Assembly: GCA_943350875.1 (NCBI GenBank)
Contig: CALRAL010000001.1
Location: 4,829-68,828 of the forward strand
Source of the DNA: Candidatus Nomurabacteria bacterium
GTDB taxonomy: Bacteria; Patescibacteriota; Minisyncoccia; Phycocordibacterales; UBA9973
DNA length: 64,000 nucleotides
Direction: 5' to 3'
Position 1 is the first letter of the stretch; each line of letters opens with the position of its first letter. Of this stretch, positions 57,062 to 64,000 are shown piece after piece. The notes below the pieces were generated by a model. It had not been told where the DNA came from. It worked only from the letters and a program-made list of their open reading frames with translations, and made no database searches. A program made the translations under genes and the position numbers.

Positions 57062-58057
57062 ATGAAAAAAGAAATATCAATGCTTAATTTGTTTCAAAAA
57101 TTATTCCACAACTTTAACGCTCGGGCGATGAAAGATGCAACTTTGGCCTTCAAGGCTCATTTAGATAAAGGGGGCAAGATGTTGCTTGCTATGGGAGGGG
57201 CGATGTCTTCCGCGCAAATGGGCATCACCCTCGCTCCGATGATAAAAGAAGGCAAGATTCATGCTATATCTTGCACGGGTGCGAATTTAGAAGAATCCGT
57301 TTTCCGGCTTGTGGCTCATGAGAGTTATAAGGATTATCCAGATTACAGATATTTTACGAAGAAAGACGATGAAGAGATTCTAAATAGAGGGGAAAGGAGG
57401 GTGACAGATACTTCGATTCCTGAGGAAGAGGCATTTCGGGTGGTTGAGCCGATTATTTTAAAAAGATGGAAAGAGGCGGGAAAAAACGGCCAGCGTTTTT
57501 TCCCGCATGAATACTTTTATCAGATTTTACTCTCTGATGAATTAAAAGATAAGTATGAGGGTGATCCAGAGGCTTGCTGGCTCTTGCAAGCGGCCAAGAA
57601 GAATTTTCCTATAGTGGTGCCAGGGTGGGAAGACTCAACATTGGGGAATATTTTTGCTGGATATTGTAAAGCTGGTGAAGTAAGTCCGACTGTGATGAAG
57701 ACAGGGGTGGAATACATGATGTACTTATATGACAGATATACTGAGCTTGCGAAAGATGGCCCAGGGCTTGGGTTCTTCCAAATAGGAGGAGGAATTTCCG
57801 GAGACTTCCCAATATGCGTCGTGCCTTCTATTAAATATGATTTGAAGAGACCTGTTCGTCCGTGGGGATATTTCTGTCAGATTTCAGATTCTACGACTTC
57901 GTATGGTTCATATTCAGGCGCTACTCCAAATGAGAAAATCACGTGGGATAAATTGACTGTAGACACTCCAATGTTCGTGATAGAGTCTGATGCTACCATC
58001 GTCGCTCCATTCATATTTGAAGCGATATTGGACAGGTATTCTATAAATGAAAAATAA
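57062..58057 (+). CDS. Deoxyhypusine synthase-like protein
   Basis: CTGANLEE, PGWEDSTLG, QIGGGI, GSYSGATPNEKITW. Confidence 0.9.
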   Translation: MKKEISMLNLFQKLFHNFNARAMKDATLAFKAHLDKGGKMLLAMGGAMSSAQMGITLAPMIKEGKIHAISCTGANLEESVFRLVAHESYKDYPDYRYFTKKDDEEILNRGERRVTDTSIPEEEAFRVVEPIILKRWKEAGKNGQRFFPHEYFYQILLSDELKDKYEGDPEACWLLQAAKKNFPIVVPGWEDSTLGNIFAGYCKAGEVSPTVMKTGVEYMMYLYDRYTELAKDGPGLGFFQIGGGISGDFPICVVPSIKYDLKRPVRPWGYFCQISDSTTSYGSYSGATPNEKITWDKLTVDTPMFVIESDATIVAPFIFEAILDRYSINEK

Positions 58058-58307
58058 AAGTTTTACACAAAAAGTTTTGGAAGTTGTTGGTAAAATACCA
58101 AAAGGTAAAATGCTCACGTATAAAGGTGTGGCAAAGAGAGCAGGGAATGTGAATGCATCACGGGCCGTGGGGAGTATTTTAAAGAAAAATTACAATCCGA
58201 AAATCCCTTGCCACCGTGTTATCCGTTCCGATGGATTGATAGGGGAATATAACAGAGGCAGAGCGGAAAAATTACGTAAGTTAAAAGCCGAAGGCGCAAT
58301 TGTTTAG
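58047..58307 (+). CDS. MGMT-family alkyl-DNA repair protein
   Basis: IPKGKMLTY, RAVG, IPCHRV. Confidence 0.9.
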   Translation: MKNKSFTQKVLEVVGKIPKGKMLTYKGVAKRAGNVNASRAVGSILKKNYNPKIPCHRVIRSDGLIGEYNRGRAEKLRKLKAEGAIV

Positions 58308-58850
58308 TTACCCTTCAAGGGTGACACTGTGGATAAATAATAATTAAGTTTCTCGACCGGTATCATGCCGTTTAAATATTTTCCTAAATGGATTCTTTCA
58401 TAGTTGTAGAAATGTAAATATTCTTCTAAACTTTTCCATGTGCGTGTTGGATTTAGATAGTACTCTTGATCAATCACTCCATGAGCTCTTTCTACCGCTC
58501 CATCCCACATAGACACTGAATCAAGTCGGTCAGTCACTACTGCGTGCTGGAATCCTGTGTATATATCAATGAATGTTCGTTGATACTTTCGTTCATTTTC
58601 AATCCAAATATATTTATCGTCAGCTTGCACTACATCACCAGGAGCCTTAGGTATTACATGGTCTTTCAGTGGTTTGTACCAAGGTAATTTCTTTTGGGGT
58701 CTTCTCACTAATCCCTTCTTCTTGTAGAATTGATAGATTGAAGTTTAGGCCGCCACTTGATTTTTGTTTGCCATATATGTGAATTTTACACGGTTACCCT
58801 TTGTCACCTCAATTGTATCTTAATTGTCACCTCATATGGTTAACTGTACA
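58301..58850 (-). mobile_element. Internally deleted IS481-like element
   Basis: Imperfect TIRs TGTTTAGTTACCCTTCAAGGGTGACA / TGTACAGTTAACCATATGAGGTGACA; integrase-core fragment (PGDVVQAD, GAVERAH, YNYERIH) at 58304-58708. Confidence 0.75.
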
Positions 58851-58855
58851 CTGGC

Positions 58856-58884
58856 TTGACTTGGTAATCGGATTGGTATATACT
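58856..58884 (+). promoter_or_regulatory. 16S rRNA promoter
   Basis: TTGACT-17 nt-TATACT. Confidence 0.7.
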
Positions 58885-59157
58885 CCCATAGCGTCTAATT
58901 CTATATGGAATAGGGCGTTTTTATTTCAATGTTGAAGTGAAACTTTGATAATTGAATAGCCCCGACGATACGTCGGGGTAGATTGAGAACCCCCTGATTT
59001 AATCAGGGGAGCAAGTCTCAGCAGAAAGTTTTCTTTGTTTTTTTAAAATAATTCCTGCCCGCAATGCTAAAACATAGCTTTTGCAGGCGGGTCAGAGCTA
59101 GGATAAAAGTAAAAACAAAAACATGCTGTTTTTTGTTTTGTTTCGTTCTAATTAACT

Positions 59158-60777
<1,620 letters not shown>

Positions 60778-61071
60778 TGAAAAACGTCCGGTAGTGAGAC
60801 TTTGCGACGCATCGCAAGATGCAGTGCTACGCACATCGCAAAGCTCTACTACCGGACTAAGAAGTCGGTATTGTGTAGCTCAATTGACTACACAATAGTT
60901 TGGAAAAACTTAAAATTTTATGACAAGCGTGGAAAGACATGCAAATAAAAAAGTTTCAGCCTTCGGGCTGATCCGCCTCTGGCGGAAAAAAGAACGAAAC
61001 AAAACAAAGAACAGCAAAATACAAAAAATACCCCACAAGGGGTATTTTTTGTTGTCTTTATAATAAGATAC

Positions 61072-61100
61072 AAAATATCGAGGACTACCCTTGATATTTT
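61072..61100. repeat. RAYT-associated REP
   Basis: Exact reverse complement of 62476-62504. Confidence 0.85.
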
Positions 61101-61165
61101 TATTAGATATGATAACCTTAAGAAAAGTACATTTCAATCATAAATTAATCCAAGAAAGGGTATAT

Positions 61166-61708
61166 ATGAATCTTATCTCGCTTATGTTTTCATCCACTTT
61201 CTTTACTGGTTTTTTGCCTGGCAAAATTATTAGTAAAGATGGTGCTGGTGGAGGATTAATGGGAAGTATTGTCGGTTTCTTCATTCAACTGTATTTCATT
61301 TATTACGGTTTTGGTTTTGAAGCTGATATATTGCTCATTTTATTTTCTTTTGTATTGGGTCTTATCTGTGTTGAAAAAGCAGAAAAATATATGTTCTTAA
61401 AATACGGGAAAAGAAAAAGACATACCGGTGAATTGGTGGATTATGATTATAATCAAACAAATATTGATGAAGTTCATGGTCAAGCTATTGCTGGTCTTCC
61501 AATTTTTTTCTTTAATTTAACTTTCAGTTGGCAAGTTACGATGTTAATGTTTTCTTTTATTGCTTTTAGGATTTTTGATGTTTCAAAACCTTGGCCAATA
61601 AAATTAATTGAGAGGAATATTAAAGGTTCTTTTGGAATAATGTTTGATGATACAATTGCTGGTTTGATGGCTGGCGTTGTAGTTATAATTACTTACTTAT
61701 CTTTTTAA
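61166..61708 (+). CDS. pgpA: Phosphatidylglycerophosphatase A-like protein
   Basis: NIDEVHGQ, FRIFDVSKPWPI, GIMFDDTIAG. Confidence 0.85.
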   Translation: MNLISLMFSSTFFTGFLPGKIISKDGAGGGLMGSIVGFFIQLYFIYYGFGFEADILLILFSFVLGLICVEKAEKYMFLKYGKRKRHTGELVDYDYNQTNIDEVHGQAIAGLPIFFFNLTFSWQVTMLMFSFIAFRIFDVSKPWPIKLIERNIKGSFGIMFDDTIAGLMAGVVVIITYLSF

Positions 61709-61780
61709 ACAATAAAATTTCCCATCGGAGACAAAAAACTTGCTTCGGTGGGTTTTTTGTTTGTATTTAGCTACAACAAA

Positions 61781-61803
61781 ATATCAAGGACTACCCTTGA
61801 TAT
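61781..61803. repeat. RAYT-associated REP
   Basis: atatcaaggactacccttgatat directly upstream of the RAYT gene. Confidence 0.85.
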
Positions 61804-61822
61804 CTCGTGGTATACTTAAGGT

Positions 61823-62491
61823 ATGGAAAGAAAAGTAAAATTTGCACCTAAAGAATATTATCATCTATACAGTCGCGGAGTAGAAAAAAGAAAAATTTTT
61901 CTTAATACAAAAGATTATGAAAGGTTCATAGCTTTGCTTTATATTATGAACCAATCAGGTGAATTTCATCTTGCCAATTTTTTGAAAAAGAAAAAGTTAG
62001 TAGAGATTTTTAATGAATCAAAAGAAAAGAAATTAGTGTCAGTTCTAAGCTATACGCTTATACCGAATCATTTCCACATTTTAGTTTATGAAAACGAAGA
62101 AGGTGGAATTAGTAAATTTATGTCTCGTTTACTTACAGCTTATTCAATGTATTTTAATACTAAATATGAAAGAAGTGGTCCTTTATTTACTCATCCTTTT
62201 CGCTCACAACATATATTAAATGAATCTCAATATTTATGGATATTTTCTTATATACATTTAAATCCAATAGGAATTATAAAAAAAGATTTCAAAGAAAATG
62301 GAATTGGAGATAAAACCATTATTCAAAAGTTTTTAGAATCTTATAAGTATTCAAGTTACCTAGATTATCAAGAAATAAATCGTCCTGAATCAAAAATTCT
62401 AGATTTTTCATTGGTTCCAGAGTACCTTTTAAAGAATAAATTAAACATAGAAAAGTATGATGAATGGTTCTCTATAAAATATCAAGGGTAG
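61823..62491 (+). CDS. REP-associated tyrosine (HUH/Y1) transposase
   Basis: YYHLYSRG, PNHFHIL (HUH), YIHLNP, YSSY; flanked by REPs. Confidence 0.9.
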   Translation: MERKVKFAPKEYYHLYSRGVEKRKIFLNTKDYERFIALLYIMNQSGEFHLANFLKKKKLVEIFNESKEKKLVSVLSYTLIPNHFHILVYENEEGGISKFMSRLLTAYSMYFNTKYERSGPLFTHPFRSQHILNESQYLWIFSYIHLNPIGIIKKDFKENGIGDKTIIQKFLESYKYSSYLDYQEINRPESKILDFSLVPEYLLKNKLNIEKYDEWFSIKYQG

Positions 62492-62504
62492 TCCTCGATA
62501 TTTT
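62476..62504. repeat. RAYT-associated REP overlapping the stop codon
   Basis: aaaatatcaagggtagtcctcgatatttt. Confidence 0.85.
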
Positions 62505-62528
62505 GTTTTTTATTGTATAATTAAATAT

Positions 62529-63443
62529 ATGAAAACTGTTGGAGTATTGCGAGGAGGGGATTTTGAGAATTACGAAGATTCTCTGCGTGAAGGTGCGGAA
62601 ATTATTTCTTATATCATTTCAAATTTTAATAATGAATTTGATGTTTTAGATATTTTTGTAGACAGAAAAGGAGTTTGGCATTTGAAAGGTCTACCAATAA
62701 TTCCTTCGACACTAGTGCATAAAGTTGATGTTGTTTGGAATACTGCACATCCGAATCTGGCTCAAATTTTGGAGAGTTTTTCTATTCCCGTTATTGGTTC
62801 ATCATCTTTTAATTTTTCAATATCACAAAATAGAGCTTTGTTGGGTGAACAGATGAAAAATATCGGCATAGACATGCCTAGACATTTATTAATTCCAGCT
62901 TACCAAAAAGATTTTGATGGCGGTGTTGAAGAATATGTCCGCAAAAAAACTAGAGAAGTTTTCGGTAAATTTTCTCCTCCTTGGATAGTCAGATCTCTAA
63001 GTAAGAATTCGAGTATGGGAGTGCATGTTGCCAAAATGTTAATAGAATTAGAGAAAGCAATAGCTGACGGAGTAGACCATGGTGTCAGTATTTTGATTGA
63101 AGAATTTATCACTGGCAAAGTCGCATATATGCATTCTGTGTCAGGGTTCAGAAACCAAAACGTCTATGTTTTTCCTGTCTGCACAGGCGAGTCTTTTAAT
63201 AGCTTTTCAAAAAACGAAAAAGAAAAGTTGGAAACTATTTCCAAAGATTTACATAAACATTTAGGAGTAAAACGTTATCTAAAATCTAGTTTTATAGTGC
63301 ACCCCAAAGGGAAGATATATCTAACTGGTGTAAATTTAAGTCCTAATTTAAAAGATAATTCACATTTTCGCCAATCTTGTGAATCCGTAGGAGCTAAGAC
63401 TAGCCACATTATCAAACATATATTAGAACAAGCTTTAAAATAA
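62529..63443 (+). CDS. Divergent D-Ala-D-Ala ligase-like ATP-grasp protein
   Basis: VGVLRGG...E.SL, SSMGV, ILIEEFITG; several catalytic residues look degenerate. Confidence 0.75.
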   Translation: MKTVGVLRGGDFENYEDSLREGAEIISYIISNFNNEFDVLDIFVDRKGVWHLKGLPIIPSTLVHKVDVVWNTAHPNLAQILESFSIPVIGSSSFNFSISQNRALLGEQMKNIGIDMPRHLLIPAYQKDFDGGVEEYVRKKTREVFGKFSPPWIVRSLSKNSSMGVHVAKMLIELEKAIADGVDHGVSILIEEFITGKVAYMHSVSGFRNQNVYVFPVCTGESFNSFSKNEKEKLETISKDLHKHLGVKRYLKSSFIVHPKGKIYLTGVNLSPNLKDNSHFRQSCESVGAKTSHIIKHILEQALK

Positions 63444-63768
63444 TTGTGTTATAATCTATTTAAGAAATTATTTTTATCTGTAGCGGGTGATCGCACTCAC
63501 ATAGGCACATATGTTGGAGTTTAGCCGTCACCCGCTTCAAATGGAAATAATTTTTTTGTTTATATAAAAAAGAAAATAAATTTTTTAGAAAAGTTATCCA
63601 CAGTTTTTTTGTAAAAATCATTGTGTTTGATTCCGATATGCGGGATAATTAAATAAGTTTGATACGATAATTATTTTTAGAAATTATTTCTAGGGTCGTG
63701 ATTATCGTAAACCCTTGGCCGTAGCTCTATGGACGAGGCTAAAATTAAAAATTTAATAAAAAAATATT

Positions 63769-63816
63769 ATGGCAGCAAAAAAGAAAGCAAAGAAGAGCGC
63801 AAAGAAGCGAGCTTAG
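63769..63816 (+). CDS. 15-aa Lys/Ala-rich peptide MAAKKKAKKSAKKRA
   Basis: A-rich leader, ATG, immediate terminator-like hairpin (aactcccc...ggggagttttt). Confidence 0.55.
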   Translation: MAAKKKAKKSAKKRA

Positions 63817-63906
63817 TCTTCTCTAGAAAACTCCCCACAAAACGGGGAGTTTTTTCGTTTTTACCCTGTCATTCGCGAATGACAGGGTTTATGCTAATAT
63901 ATAGCA

Positions 63907-64000
63907 ATGGGTTTATTGAGCGGAATATTTGGAGATGTGTCTTCAAAATTCATTAAAGACGCAGAGAAAATAGTAGCAAAAATAAATGCTTTAGAGGCGG
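63907..64000 (+). CDS. secA: Preprotein translocase SecA (N-terminal fragment)
   Basis: MGLLSGIFGD...KIVAKINALE matches the SecA N-terminus. Confidence 0.75.
   Translation, partial: MGLLSGIFGDVSSKFIKDAEKIVAKINALEA

Noticed and set aside
63729-63956. 75-aa ORF from the track
   Set aside because: It runs through a terminator and overlaps the secA start; the short Lys-rich ORF in another frame is more plausible.

Overview
This is an AT-rich bacterial chromosome segment in genetic code 11. It is most consistent with Patescibacteria/Parcubacteria, judged from a divergent stand-alone 16S rRNA gene lacking the anti-Shine-Dalgarno motif, a short RF2 and typical CPR gene content. The housekeeping backbone includes rodA, folD, secDF, lemA, gatCA, prfB, ftsEX, pyrG, htrA, rnj, secG and the start of secA. 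The main accessory findings are: (1) Two independent tRNA-integrated large-serine-recombinase elements (22961-28602 at tRNA-Thr, 35583-45068 at tRNA-Gln) share the same unusual architecture. attP lies inside the recombinase 3' end, integration swaps the C-terminal tail, and an intact inverted second copy of the attP region sits inside the element, so the recombinase arm and the cargo arm are each bracketed by hairpin-rich inverted repeats. This is the best candidate for an undescribed system. (2) A complete diversity-generating retroelement has an antisense avd and a G10 tract shared by the avd and RT starts. (3) An initiator-type tRNA-Met carries a group I intron and lies beside a free-standing HTH/LAGLIDADG-like gene. 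(4) A DNA methyltransferase ends in a MazE-like tail. (5) An ADK-RibA-CYTH triple fusion lies behind a poly-G promoter. (6) Several REP-like repeat families are present, one apparently inserted in the 16S rRNA. All calls come from manual reading; no database searches were run.
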